From assembly GCA_964522205.1 (NCBI GenBank), contig CAZFTG010000001.1:49854-113853 (forward strand): a stretch of 64,000 bases of DNA, in the 5' to 3' direction. Numbering within the stretch: position 1 is the first letter of the stretch; each line of letters starts with the position of its first letter. Both the position numbers and the translations under genes were made by a program. The notes under the pieces were generated by a model that was given only the letters and a program-made list of their open reading frames with translations, was not told where the DNA came from and searched no databases. Positions 1 through 9,614 of the stretch are shown one piece after another. The DNA comes from an uncultured Thermoproteales archaeon (GTDB taxonomy: Archaea; Thermoproteota; Thermoprotei; Thermofilales; B20-G17).

Positions 1-632
1 CCCAAGAATCCCACTCCAGCCTCAGCTAGAATAGCGTGTCTGGCTTCAAGAATGAACTGGACGGCTATCAGCGAATACAAGTGTGGTATTATGTGTTTTA
101 AAAGTATGTAATGGTCTCTAGCCCCAGTGACCTTTAGAATACTGATGAAATTTAAACACTTCAACTGCTTCACCATAGGCCTTAAAACCCTAGCTGTAAT
201 AGACCAGCCGAAGAATGATAAAATAAGCACGATATTCCAAATGGATGGTTTAACAATAGCGGATAAGACGATCAATAATGGTAGCCTGGGTATTACCATG
301 AATAAATCTATGATTCTAACTATAATTAGATCTAGTCGATCATAGTAGCAAAACAGGGCCACAGCCAATCCAGTGAAGGTTGAGATTAAGGCTGTTAGAA
401 AACCTATAATGAGAGAGATTCTTATACCATATACTAAATAAGTAAAGACATCATGGCCCACATCATCTGTTCCAAGAATATGTTCATTATTTGGTGGAGT
501 GAATGGCTTGTCCAAGCAATCTAACCCATGACGTGTAATTAGGGGTGCTAAAACATCCATTAAGATGAGAACTAGTACCACTATTAATCCAACTACACCC
601 TTCCTACTGAGCTCTAATCCTAGGATCTGCAA
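1..632 (-). CDS. ABC peptide/nickel transporter permease, DppC/OppC-like (3' part runs off the window)
   Basis: Not in the ORF track because it is open at the window edge. My minus-strand translation from ~599 reads GVVGLIVVLVLILMDVLAPLITRHGLDCLDKPFTPPNNEHILGTDDVGHDVFTYLVYGIR. That is an N-terminal TM helix plus the LGTD-x-G-x-D motif typical of DppC/OppC. It lies directly downstream of the DppB-like gene. The start is uncertain (TTG ~632 or ATG ~560). Confidence 0.7.
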   Translation of the reverse strand, partial: MQILGLELSRKGVVGLIVVLVLILMDVLAPLITRHGLDCLDKPFTPPNNEHILGTDDVGHDVFTYLVYGIRISLIIGFLTALISTFTGLAVALFCYYDRLDLIIVRIIDLFMVIPRLPLLIVLSAIVKPSIWNIVLILSFFGWSITARVLRPMVKQLKCLNFISILKVTGARDHYILLKHIIPHLYSLIAVQFILEARHAILAEAGVGFL

Positions 633-1560
633 TTACCATCACCAGATCGGCTATCATATTAGCAAGCACTATAACAGACATTAGTATCAAGAGTATTGCG
701 TGAAGTAGTGGGTAATCGTAGTTATCGTAAGCTATAGTGAGCAGAGTCATTATACCGGGATATGTGAAAACATATTCAACAAACATAGAGCTCATGAACG
801 AAAAACCTAGGAAAATAGATATTCTTGCAGAAATAGTTGGAAGCGCTACTCTAAACACATGCCTGAACATCAATATTTTATCCCTCAATCCCTTAGCCTT
901 CGCTAGTAATACGAACTCTTCTCCTATGACCTCTAAAACGGCATTCCTAACAAAGTAGTATATTCCACCTATCTCGCATAGTGCGAAGACCATTGAGGGT
1001 AAGAGAGCATAGTAGAGAACATCAATAAGCGATTCCTTATAAGCATAGCTTATTAACGGAAACACTTTGAGCTTATAAACGAATAGTAGCAGAAACATCA
1101 TGGCCACAAAAAAGGGAGGCATGGACTTCATAGTCACCATAGTGGATGTTAGAAAAGTGTCTATTTTTGAAGATCTCTTCCAAGCAGATAACACGCCTAA
1201 GGGGAGCGATATTGCAAGTGTAATAGCGAATCCCATAAGCACTAAGATAAGAGATCTCATTAAATAGGGGGGAATAATCACTGTGACCGGCTGAGCATAG
1301 TATATTGAATATCCTAAGTCTCCATGCAGAGCTCTAGCCAGGTAGTTGATGAACTGTACATGTAAGGGCTTATCTAAACCATAGTATGATAATAGTAGTG
1401 ACTTGATTTTATCGTTCATGAGAGGCGCCATAGCCTCGGGATTTTCACTTAAATAGTCTAAAGGACTACCTGGCATTATCCTTACCAGTACAAAATTTAG
1501 TATGAATACTATGAAAAATAATATCAGATATTGGACGACTAAGTGTAATAGCTTCTTCAA
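604..1560 (-). CDS. ABC peptide/nickel transporter permease, DppB/OppB-like
   Basis: 318-aa polytopic membrane ORF. The N-terminus RIMPGSPLDYL and the loop LLAKAKGLRDKILMFRHVFRVALPT are typical of binding-protein-dependent transport permeases. It overlaps the upstream SBP gene by 4 nt. Confidence 0.85.
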   Translation of the reverse strand: MKKLLHLVVQYLILFFIVFILNFVLVRIMPGSPLDYLSENPEAMAPLMNDKIKSLLLSYYGLDKPLHVQFINYLARALHGDLGYSIYYAQPVTVIIPPYLMRSLILVLMGFAITLAISLPLGVLSAWKRSSKIDTFLTSTMVTMKSMPPFFVAMMFLLLFVYKLKVFPLISYAYKESLIDVLYYALLPSMVFALCEIGGIYYFVRNAVLEVIGEEFVLLAKAKGLRDKILMFRHVFRVALPTISARISIFLGFSFMSSMFVEYVFTYPGIMTLLTIAYDNYDYPLLHAILLILMSVIVLANMIADLVMVIADPRIRAQ

Positions 1561-3254
1561 CTCCTTCTCAACCTCAGATATATAAGCAACGCTCCTACCA
1601 CTACTACTATAACAGCTACTGCTATACCGATATAGATCATAGTTAAGGGCTTATATTCCTCGCCAGTAGGCTTAGTTGGAGCCTGGGCAATAGCTTTAAT
1701 AAGAGCTAGTTTATTCCACCACATTGGAACGCCTCCTCCTATACCGTTCCACGTCCAGAACCATTTCACAGGTTTTTTGGAGTTATAGACGACATATGTT
1801 TTTGGATGGTATAATGTCAGTACTGGTAAGTCCTCAGCTATTATTCTCTGAATCCCATATCCATACTTCAGTCTCTCGCTCTCATTTAGTGTCGAATAAA
1901 ATAATTTCAGTAAACTATCGAGATGTTCATTAACATAAGTATGTGCAGGCCAGTCTACAGGAGTCCATGGTCTAAGAATTCCTCCATGTCCACTAATAGC
2001 TATGTCGAATTCTCCTTTATCTAGAAGAGAGTCAGCAATCTTCCACTCAACAACTTTAACCAAGAGGTCAATACCTATCCTGCTGAGCTGTATTTTCACA
2101 AGCTCTGCCTCTCTCTCGTAGCGTTTCACGCATAGCAGTTCAAAGCTTAACTTAGTGCCATTGGGAGTTTCCCTAATACCGTCGCCATCTCTGTCAATAA
2201 AGCCTAAACTATCAAGAAATCTTTTTGCCTCAGAAACATTATATGATAGTATCGGAAGATTGGGATTATACCATTTTGAGTCAGGATGTATTATTCCAAG
2301 ACTTGCAGGAATCCCACCTCCATGAAGTACTTTCTCTACTATTTCCTCTCTGTTAATAGCATAGGCTAAAGCTCTTCTAACGTTCTTATCAGATAATGGA
2401 TACTTTCTAGTATTAAATATTAGTTTAAGAACCCAGTAACTAGGCCCCTCTACTACCTCTAAACCCGTAATGTTAGTAAGGGTCTTCACAACATCAATCC
2501 CCTTACCGAAGAAAGATGCGGCATCCACGTCCCCTGTTCGGAGGGCTATTGCAGGATTGCTAACAGATTTAAGCATAAGTTTATCAACTACGGGTTTACC
2601 TAGAAAATACTTATCGTTAGCTTCAAGAACATAGTATGCACCTTTCTTGTAATCCTTAAGTCTAAAGGGACCTGTACCCACAAAAGCCTTTGGTTCAGTA
2701 TACTTTAGTGGATCAGTAATATTTTCCCATATGTGTCGGGGGATAATCTCTAATTGAACTATAAGGTGGTCTAAAAAGTCCGCATAAAGCTTCTTTAAGT
2801 ATACGGCAATAGTGTAATTATCTATAACTTCTACTCTATCCACGTAGTCAATGATCTCACTAGATCCCCAAGGATAAGGATATTTCTTCAAGTACTCAAA
2901 TGTAAATCTGACATCATCAGCTGTAAAAGAATAGCCATCATGCCATTTAACTCCTTCACGAAGCTTAAAAACCCACTTTAATCCATTATCTTCCACTTTC
3001 CACGACTTAGCTAGAAGAGGCACATACCCCTTTTGATCCTTCCATACAAGTGTGTCCCAAATAAATGACGTCAAGACATAACTTGGTCCTCGATGATGGT
3101 GAAAAGGTGTAGGTATACCCCAATCACCATAAGCAATACTATAGGTGCTCTTGTTAGCTAAAGTAGCAGACGAGACTATACTGTTCACCTGTAATATGGT
3201 GATGAAAGATAGCATTCCCACAATAACTTTTATTTCTATTACTGATAACTTCAT
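1557..3254 (-). CDS. ABC transporter substrate-binding protein, family 5 (DppA/OppA-like), membrane-anchored
   Basis: 565 aa with an N-terminal signal/anchor. The body has the family-5 SBP character (WKDQKGYVPLLAKSWKVEDNGLKWVFKLREGVKWHDG). A C-terminal hydrophobic anchor (IGIAVAVIVVVVGALLIYL) is common in archaeal SBPs. First gene of the permease operon. Confidence 0.8.
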   Translation of the reverse strand: MKLSVIEIKVIVGMLSFITILQVNSIVSSATLANKSTYSIAYGDWGIPTPFHHHRGPSYVLTSFIWDTLVWKDQKGYVPLLAKSWKVEDNGLKWVFKLREGVKWHDGYSFTADDVRFTFEYLKKYPYPWGSSEIIDYVDRVEVIDNYTIAVYLKKLYADFLDHLIVQLEIIPRHIWENITDPLKYTEPKAFVGTGPFRLKDYKKGAYYVLEANDKYFLGKPVVDKLMLKSVSNPAIALRTGDVDAASFFGKGIDVVKTLTNITGLEVVEGPSYWVLKLIFNTRKYPLSDKNVRRALAYAINREEIVEKVLHGGGIPASLGIIHPDSKWYNPNLPILSYNVSEAKRFLDSLGFIDRDGDGIRETPNGTKLSFELLCVKRYEREAELVKIQLSRIGIDLLVKVVEWKIADSLLDKGEFDIAISGHGGILRPWTPVDWPAHTYVNEHLDSLLKLFYSTLNESERLKYGYGIQRIIAEDLPVLTLYHPKTYVVYNSKKPVKWFWTWNGIGGGVPMWWNKLALIKAIAQAPTKPTGEEYKPLTMIYIGIAVAVIVVVVGALLIYLRLRRS

Positions 3255-3380
3255 GATACTACACCTAATTATAGTTTATACTTAACTATCCTATTTAAGT
3301 ACTACTCCTCAATTATACTAGTATTACTATAATCAACAATTCATCATTTTTACTTTGAGATAGGTATAAAACTTAGGATA

Positions 3381-3701
3381 TTATAAATGGGTTATTTCAA
3401 ACTCCCCGTCGTAGACATTGCCATCGCTCCCCCTTTTGTGAACTGAACTTTTTATCTCATATCCCGTAGCTCTCCTAAGAACTGATATGAGAGCTTTGTC
3501 TCTGGCGTTGTAGCATGCCTTTACCAACTTCCGAATACTGTCTCTAGTATGAAAAATAATGTACTCATTAGAAACAGGTCTAAACCTCTGTTTCCCAGTT
3601 CGTTCTTTGACCCTTTTCCCACACTCTAGTATCGTTGTTATAAGCCTTAGTCGTATGATGCACAACCCGAGAGTGTACGAAGGTAATTGGTCTCTCATCA
3701 A
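3381..3701 (-). pseudogene. Tyrosine-recombinase (integrase) fragment, degenerate
   Basis: 106-aa ORF containing ACYNARDKALISVLRRATGYEI. This resembles the RDRALILLL-x-TGLR-x-SE segment at the start of the tyrosine-recombinase catalytic domain, but the ORF is truncated and lacks the remaining catalytic motifs. It sits in a 2-kb stretch without intact genes next to tRNA-Leu. Confidence 0.35.
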
Positions 3702-4676
3702 CTTTAGTCACCTAGACATCAAGGCGAAATGCCAGAAAGACTCCATCTTCAGTAAAGGAGATAAATAGCGTAAAAATCTTAATCTTTTCTTCAACCATTC
3801 TGATTCTCCGCTACTTTCGTAATACTTGTTTCTTCTGTAATGGAGTCTTCATCATAGGTATGTATCTCCACGCTCCTACTACGGGGAACACATTTGCTAT
3901 GTCTCTACTTGAGCACTCTGCTCGGTACTCTCCTAATCGAAGTGTAGTTCATATAGGCTTATCCCCCTCATCTTCTTCATTAGGGTCAATTCCGATAAAC
4001 TCATCCTGAGGACTTATAGGTATCGTGATGAGATGAAACGATGCTATTGCACTACAAGGAGAGGGGTTAATAAGCTAATAATGCAACCTTCGCTCTGGAA
4101 GTGGGAGCTGTGAAGGTGAGACAACTATTGATGAACCGCTAGGCCCTGACATACTAGGAGTGAGAGTACCCTCACTCAAGTGAGAATGTGTCAAGGTCGT
4201 ATTTCCAACGTTTTTCACGACTTTGGCAACTCTGGTTACCGCTATAATCATGGCTTCTGTCCTCATATCCCTTGTATAGAATTGAATAGATCTATACAAC
4301 TGTCCTCTTTCACTTTTACCAGCATCAATGTGTATAGTGATAGATTTGACATCATACGAAGTGGAGTATCACAGTATCATTGTCAAATCCTCAGAAGCGA
4401 TGAAATAGTCCTTGGGATTTCTAGCTCAATCGCGAACTAATCACGCTTAACTCGTTTCACTATCTGTTGTTATATGGAGCTTAGAGAAGAGTAATTCATT
4501 TAGAAAGGAATGGCTGATAGTAAGCTCAAAATCAAATCAGTGGTGCCGGAGTACGCTAAGCTTTAATTATGATAACATGTATGCATGTTTAAAATATCAA
4601 AGTCCACTATCACCTGAATGGAGAGAAATAAACTTTACCAGCATAGGCCCTTATCGTATTTTAGAGATGAATCTTT

Positions 4677-5064
4677 ATGAGAAGCACAGAGGTTGAAGAG
4701 ATGTTCAAAGACGCTGAGAGATTTTATGAGGAGGCGTTATAAAGGATTTAAAGGCTGGTAGAATTAGAAAGACTGCGAGAATGCATGGTGTGCAACCTTA
4801 AGAGCTACGGATGCATTAATTTTAGCTAGAACCGGCGAGAATCCTGTCAGGAGCGATATTACAACTAAAAGACTTCATGAACTACGCTCCAAGGATCTAA
4901 GTATAGAGATCCTGATTGGGAGGTATCATATTAGAGCAGTTTTCCTGCATGGATTATGTTTTTACATAAGCATATGTGAACTCTATGAGGAAATAAAAAG
5001 AAGAATAGTTGAAACAAAGCAGTATATAGAGGATGCCAAGAGGTTTGCTAGCCTTACTCGTTAA
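4677..5064 (+). pseudogene. PaREP1/HEPN-like family gene, disrupted by stop/frameshift
   Basis: My translation gives MRSTEVEEMFKDAERFYEEAL*, then, after a frame change, AWCATLRATDALILARTGENPVRSDITTKRLHELRSKDLSIEILIGRYHIRAVFLHGLCFY...EEIKRRIVETKQYIEDAKRFA*. The pattern (AE-x-F-x-EA ... AW-x-A ... LH-x-x-FY) fits the crenarchaeal PaREP1 family. The reading frame is broken near 4740-4790. Confidence 0.5.
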
Positions 5065-5548
5065 ATAAAGAGTTTAATAGTTGTACGAAGACCGTGAATA
5101 TTGATGAGGTTTAAAAAGTGTTAAGTCACTATCTTACTCCCCTAACGACCTTAAACCTCCTATCTTTGGTCGAGAAATTTCAAGGATCTCTGCTATTTTC
5201 AGACTTGCAGTACTAGTCTCAGCTCATACACTTAACCATGCCGCTTTCGCTTAATCAGTACAAATATTCTCTAGCCTCGAATACGCCTTCTCAACATTCC
5301 TATCTCTAACAAACTGCCTGTCCATCTCCTAGCTAATGCTATTCTGAAGATATAAATAAAAGAGATCCTAATTTCACTCCTTGGAAAGTACACCTAAAGG
5401 CAGGAGTAGGAGGAACTTAAGAGGTATTAACCACCATTCCCTCCATTTTAGCATACATGAACTTGAGCTTATGGAGTACCCGGAAAGAAAGCCTAGAGAA
5501 GAACCAAAATCATAAAGGGATATGAAAGTAAAAAGTAAACGCACCAAA

Positions 5549-5666
5549 TGGTGCGGGGGGTGGGATTTGAACCCACGCAGGCCTTCGCCACGGGAGCTCT
5601 CCTCCAGCTCTCCCATCGAGCAAGATCCTGAGTCCCGCCCCTTTGTCCTGGCTCGGGCACCCCCGC
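5549..5666 (-). tRNA. tRNA-Leu (CAG) with ~30-nt anticodon-loop intron, encoded CCA
   Basis: Reverse complement: GCGGGGGTGCCCGAGCCAGGACAAAGGGG CGGGA CTCAGG[~30 nt]TCCCG TGGCGAAGGCCTGC GTGGGTTCAAATCCCAC CCCCCGC ACCA. It has a long variable arm and anticodon loop CUCAGG, giving anticodon CAG. Confidence 0.9.
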
Positions 5667-5781
5667 TCATCAGCTATAATATTACATTATACTTGCCTAC
5701 TTAACTCTCATAAACCTTACCGTTCATCTTTTATTTTTCACTCTGACAAGATTTATATCGCTGATCGGTATACGAAAACAT

Positions 5782-5867
5782 GCCGGGGTGGCCGAGTGGA
5801 CTAAGGCGCGGGCCTGGAGAGCCCGTGTCCCTTCAGGGACGCGTGGGTTCAAATCCCACCCCCGGCG
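5782..5867 (+). tRNA. tRNA-Ser (GGA)
   Basis: GCCGGGG TG GCCGAGTGGACTAAGGC G CGGGC CTGGAGA GCCCG TGTCCCTTCAGGGACGC GTGGG TTCAAAT CCCAC CCCCGGC G. Cloverleaf with a long variable arm. TATA-like ATTTATAT lies ~30 nt upstream. Confidence 0.92.
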
Positions 5868-5989
5868 CTACTGTTTCTATTAAACAACAGTTAGAGTATC
5901 ATTAGGTTAAGCCATTTAAAAGATATTAACCTTAGAATTTAAAAGACTAAAAGCATGACTTAAGTTGAAACATTATACCATCGGGAGGA

Positions 5990-7537
5990 ATGAGAAGAAT
6001 GAGACTGAAAGTGAAAAAACTAGATTTCTCCTCAGGTACACCCACTGTAGTTATTGATGACTCTGTAGCGCTTAGCCTAGGTGTCAGACCTCATGAGCGT
6101 GTGATCTTAAGGTACAATGGAAGAGAGTTAATAGCTCTAGTAAATGTAGGATGGCGTATACCGTACGATGTAGTACTAGTAAATAATGAGGTTATTGAGC
6201 TACTGAAAGTAAGAGAGGGAGAGGAGGTAGAGGTAAAACCATCTCCTCCACCAGAGTCCATAGAGTACATAAGGGATAGACTAAGAGGAGCAAGGTTAGG
6301 CTATAAGGAGATCAAGAGGATAGTAGAGGATATAGTACATAATAGACTCAGCGAGATAGAAATTGCCGCTCTAGTAACTACCATATACCAAACTGGAATG
6401 AGTACTGAGGAGGCATACTACTTTTCTCTTGCCATGGTAGAGACTGGAAATAGATTAGAATTGAATAGAACACCGATACTGGACAAGCATAGTATTGGAG
6501 GTGTTCCGGGAGATAAAACGACATTAATCCTAGTACCCATAATAGCCTCTCTTGGATATACTATACCTAAGACTAGTTCAAGAGCTATCACAAGTCCTGC
6601 GGGAACGGCTGATAGAGCTGAGGTTCTAATGCCAGTAAACTTATCACTAGAGGAGATGAAAGAAGTTGTCCAGAAGACAGGTGGATGTATCGTGTGGGGA
6701 GGGGCTCTCTATCTAGCCCCTGCTGATGATAAAATCATTAGGGTAGAATACCCACTATCAATAGACCCATTCCTAGTACCATCGATAATGGCTAAAAAGA
6801 AGGCTGTAGGATCTACACACTTAGTGATCGACATACCTGTAGGTAGAGGAGCAAAGATGAAGACGATAGGTGAAGCGCATTACTTGGCTAGGGAGATGAT
6901 TGAAGTGGGAAAAAGAATGGGAGTAACTGTAGCATGTGCACTAACTTTTGGCGAACAACCCATAGGCTACACTGCTGGACCAGCTCTAGAGGCTAGAGAG
7001 GCTCTACTCACTCTTATGGGTAAAGGTCCTGGAGATCTACTTGATAAGGCTACTAGTATAGCAGGACTGCTTCTAAGCTTGGTAGGTGTTGTAAAGGGTA
7101 AAGAAGTAGCTAAACATGCTGTATTAAAGGGTAAAGCTCTCACTAAGCTTAGAGAAATAATAGAAGCTCAAGGAGGAGATCCCAAAGTCTCCCCAGACGA
7201 CATCCCTATTGGAGATAAGAAGTTTACAATTCATGCGGAAAATAATGGAATAGTACTTTGGATAAATAACAAACTTATCGCTAATATAGCAAGACTTGCT
7301 GGTGCTCCAAAGGATAAGGGTGCAGGAGTACTATTACACGTGAAATTAGGAGATTACGTGAAGAAGGGAGACCCTCTTATCACAGTATTCTCCGAGTACT
7401 CAACTAAACTACAGACAGCAGAGAGAGTATTTGAAGAACAACCGGTTATAGGCGTGGGTAGACCTGAGGAGGAGATGCTAGTCGGTGTGATACCCGCTCC
7501 AAGACCCCATGAAAGGTTACCAATAATAGAAAGATGA
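5990..7537 (+). CDS. AMP phosphorylase (archaeal thymidine-phosphorylase family, DeoA-like)
   Basis: 515 aa. An ~80-aa N-terminal extra domain (MRLKVKKLDFSSGTPTVVI...) precedes a thymidine-phosphorylase-family core containing DKHSIGGVPGDKTTLILVPI. This size and architecture are typical of archaeal AMPpase. Confidence 0.85.
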   Translation: MRRMRLKVKKLDFSSGTPTVVIDDSVALSLGVRPHERVILRYNGRELIALVNVGWRIPYDVVLVNNEVIELLKVREGEEVEVKPSPPPESIEYIRDRLRGARLGYKEIKRIVEDIVHNRLSEIEIAALVTTIYQTGMSTEEAYYFSLAMVETGNRLELNRTPILDKHSIGGVPGDKTTLILVPIIASLGYTIPKTSSRAITSPAGTADRAEVLMPVNLSLEEMKEVVQKTGGCIVWGGALYLAPADDKIIRVEYPLSIDPFLVPSIMAKKKAVGSTHLVIDIPVGRGAKMKTIGEAHYLAREMIEVGKRMGVTVACALTFGEQPIGYTAGPALEAREALLTLMGKGPGDLLDKATSIAGLLLSLVGVVKGKEVAKHAVLKGKALTKLREIIEAQGGDPKVSPDDIPIGDKKFTIHAENNGIVLWINNKLIANIARLAGAPKDKGAGVLLHVKLGDYVKKGDPLITVFSEYSTKLQTAERVFEEQPVIGVGRPEEEMLVGVIPAPRPHERLPIIER

Positions 7538-7544
7538 TGAATTG

Positions 7545-8033
7545 TCAAGAACTACATACTAAGTATTTTTTATCCTTATCCACTTTATTTGGTGAGGGAA
7601 ATTCTATATCATGGCAACATTTATTAGGCAAGCCTAGGAGGATCCATAGTTTTTCGACTAACTCTCTGGGTACTCTACCCTGTACTTTTCTAGCCATGAA
7701 GCAGGATTCCTCAGCACTTAATCCTAGTCTATAAAAAGCTAGTTCAAGAACACCATGTCTCCAGAGTAGTTCGTAGACTATTTTTCTACCTCTTTGTGTT
7801 AATCTTACCCTTCCGCGATCTACATATTCTAAGAACCCCTTTTTAGCTAGCTTTTTAGTAGTTAATGATACCGTAGGTTTTGCTAAATTTAGTTCATTGG
7901 CGAGTTTACCAATTTTAACACTATTCTCATGGTCTTCTTCTAATTCAAATATTTTTAGTAAATAGTCTATACTCCTATCACTAAGCTTATTTATCTCCAT
8001 GTTTGTTTTATTTCCTATAAATTTTATAAGCAT
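7545..8033 (-). CDS. Metal-dependent transcriptional repressor, DtxR/MntR family
   Basis: N-terminal wHTH (DYLLKIFELEE...VKIGKLANELNLAKPTVSLTTKKLAKKGFLEY) plus a dimerisation/metal-binding region (RLTQRGRKIVYELLWRHGVLELAFY). It is adjacent to the metal ABC operon. The true start is possibly the internal MEINKL. Confidence 0.75.
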   Translation of the reverse strand: MLIKFIGNKTNMEINKLSDRSIDYLLKIFELEEDHENSVKIGKLANELNLAKPTVSLTTKKLAKKGFLEYVDRGRVRLTQRGRKIVYELLWRHGVLELAFYRLGLSAEESCFMARKVQGRVPRELVEKLWILLGLPNKCCHDIEFPSPNKVDKDKKYLVCSS

Positions 8034-8038
8034 TACTC

Positions 8039-8860
8039 TTAACCCCTTTGAGTCTTTAATTGAGCTACTAGTAAAAAGCCTGTAGCTACTACGCCAATAC
8101 CACTACTTGGTGGTAAGTGAATGACGTAGGCTATAATATAGCCTACTAGTGCTATTACTAAACTTAGCAATACGGAGTGGAACATACTCACTCTTTTACT
8201 CATAAGTTTCATAATGCTCACTCCTGGAGCAACCAGGACTATATGCGCTACGAAAACTCCCAGACTTATAGCTAATGTAGACGATATAATACCGCATAGC
8301 ACAAAGAGGAGTGCTCTGTAGAGTCTAACCCTAAGACCCAGGGCTCTAGCTCCATCTTCATCAAAAGCTATGTAGATGAGCTCTGTTTTAAATACCATGA
8401 CCACTGGAATCACTATAAGATTAATTAATAATAACGTTATTATATCCTTAAAACTAAATAATGTGGATAATCCCATTACATAACTCCATGCTGTACTAAC
8501 TGCTATGGGAGAGATTAGGGAGTCTAAGTATGCAAAGGTCACGGTTAAGGAAGTAGAAATAGCCGCTATTATACCTATTGTAGAATCTATGGAGAGCCCG
8601 TGTTCGATTATCTCTGATGCTATTAATGAAACAATAGCTGTGATGATTATGCTTATAGTTGTTACTGGTAGTGGTATATTATAATTATATGTTATGAATA
8701 TTCCTATCAAGCCTCCAGCTAAGACTGTGTGCAACAGTGCTAAACCTAGCATGATTATGCGTGAGATTGCCATTAGATAACTAGAAAATCCCGTAAGAAT
8801 AGCTGTCAATATCATTGCTAGAAGAGATCTTTGAAGTAGTATACTAGACATGATCTTCAC
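8039..8860 (-). CDS. Metal (Zn/Mn/Fe) ABC transporter permease, ABC-3 family
   Basis: 273-aa polytopic membrane protein in an operon with a ZnuC-like ATPase and a ZnuA/TroA-like SBP. The motif region AFDEDGARALGLRV is typical of ZnuB/MntB-type permeases. Confidence 0.8.
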   Translation of the reverse strand: MKIMSSILLQRSLLAMILTAILTGFSSYLMAISRIIMLGLALLHTVLAGGLIGIFITYNYNIPLPVTTISIIITAIVSLIASEIIEHGLSIDSTIGIIAAISTSLTVTFAYLDSLISPIAVSTAWSYVMGLSTLFSFKDIITLLLINLIVIPVVMVFKTELIYIAFDEDGARALGLRVRLYRALLFVLCGIISSTLAISLGVFVAHIVLVAPGVSIMKLMSKRVSMFHSVLLSLVIALVGYIIAYVIHLPPSSGIGVVATGFLLVAQLKTQRG

Positions 8861-9608
8861 TCGCTATCACTAGTTCTCTCAATTTAGTTATACCCGGATA
8901 AGTCTTTCTAAGGTTCACCTCCGTTAGAACCTCCTCCGCTTTCCCGATAGCATAGATCCTTTTATTGAGTAGTATTACTGTAGGATCGTATTGTATACAT
9001 GGACTGAGTTCATGTGAAGCTATAATTATACTCATTTTAAAATCTTTCATAAGCTTTATCATAGTGTCAGCAATTTCACTTTTAGATTCAATATCGAGCA
9101 TAGAGAATGGTTCATCTAATAGTAGTAGTCTAGGTCTTCTAACTAGTGCTCTAGCTATTAGGACTTTTTGTTTCTCTCCTCCACTTAATTCTCTAAAGGT
9201 TTTATCCACTAGATCTTCTATCTCTAGAAGTTCAAGGTACTCGTTGATCTTTTCTTCATCCCTTTTAAAGAGTATTCTAGGAGGTCGTCTTCTAGACAGT
9301 AACCCCATGGCTACTATTTCTTTTACTCTTAGTGGAACATTTTCATCCACATGGATCAGCTGTGGGACATATCCTACAATTCCCCTAATTTCATATGAAT
9401 TAGTGGAAGGATTTAAGCCAAAAACTGAGATCACACCTCTTTTAGGCTTAACTAGACCTAGTATAACCTTTAATAAAGTAGTCTTACCGGCACCATTCGG
9501 TCCTATAAGTATTGCTAAAAATGGGTGAGTTAGCTCGAAACTAATATCCAATAATGCAGGCGACGAATCATAGTACACGAATACGTGCTCAAATGATAAT
9601 ATATCCAA
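8844..9608 (-). CDS. Metal ABC transporter ATP-binding protein (ZnuC-like)
   Basis: Walker A GPNGAGKTT, signature LSGGEKQK and Walker B LLLLDEP are all present. Confidence 0.88.
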   Translation of the reverse strand: MDILSFEHVFVYYDSSPALLDISFELTHPFLAILIGPNGAGKTTLLKVILGLVKPKRGVISVFGLNPSTNSYEIRGIVGYVPQLIHVDENVPLRVKEIVAMGLLSRRRPPRILFKRDEEKINEYLELLEIEDLVDKTFRELSGGEKQKVLIARALVRRPRLLLLDEPFSMLDIESKSEIADTMIKLMKDFKMSIIIASHELSPCIQYDPTVILLNKRIYAIGKAEEVLTEVNLRKTYPGITKLRELVIASEDHV

Positions 9609-9614
9609 AGTCTT

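Noticed and set aside
5374-5704. ORFs 5374..5670 (-) and 5522..5704 (+)
   Set aside because: Both are built on the GC-rich tRNA-Leu gene and its intron. They are shadow ORFs with low-complexity translations.
8965-9528. Long antisense ORFs such as 8965..9528, 24510..25148, 26005..26385, 27516..27881, 47320..48105 and 18364..18711
   Set aside because: Each lies entirely opposite a gene with clear family motifs. Their translations are Ser/Leu/Ile-rich and low-complexity, as expected for the reverse frame of AT-rich coding sequence.
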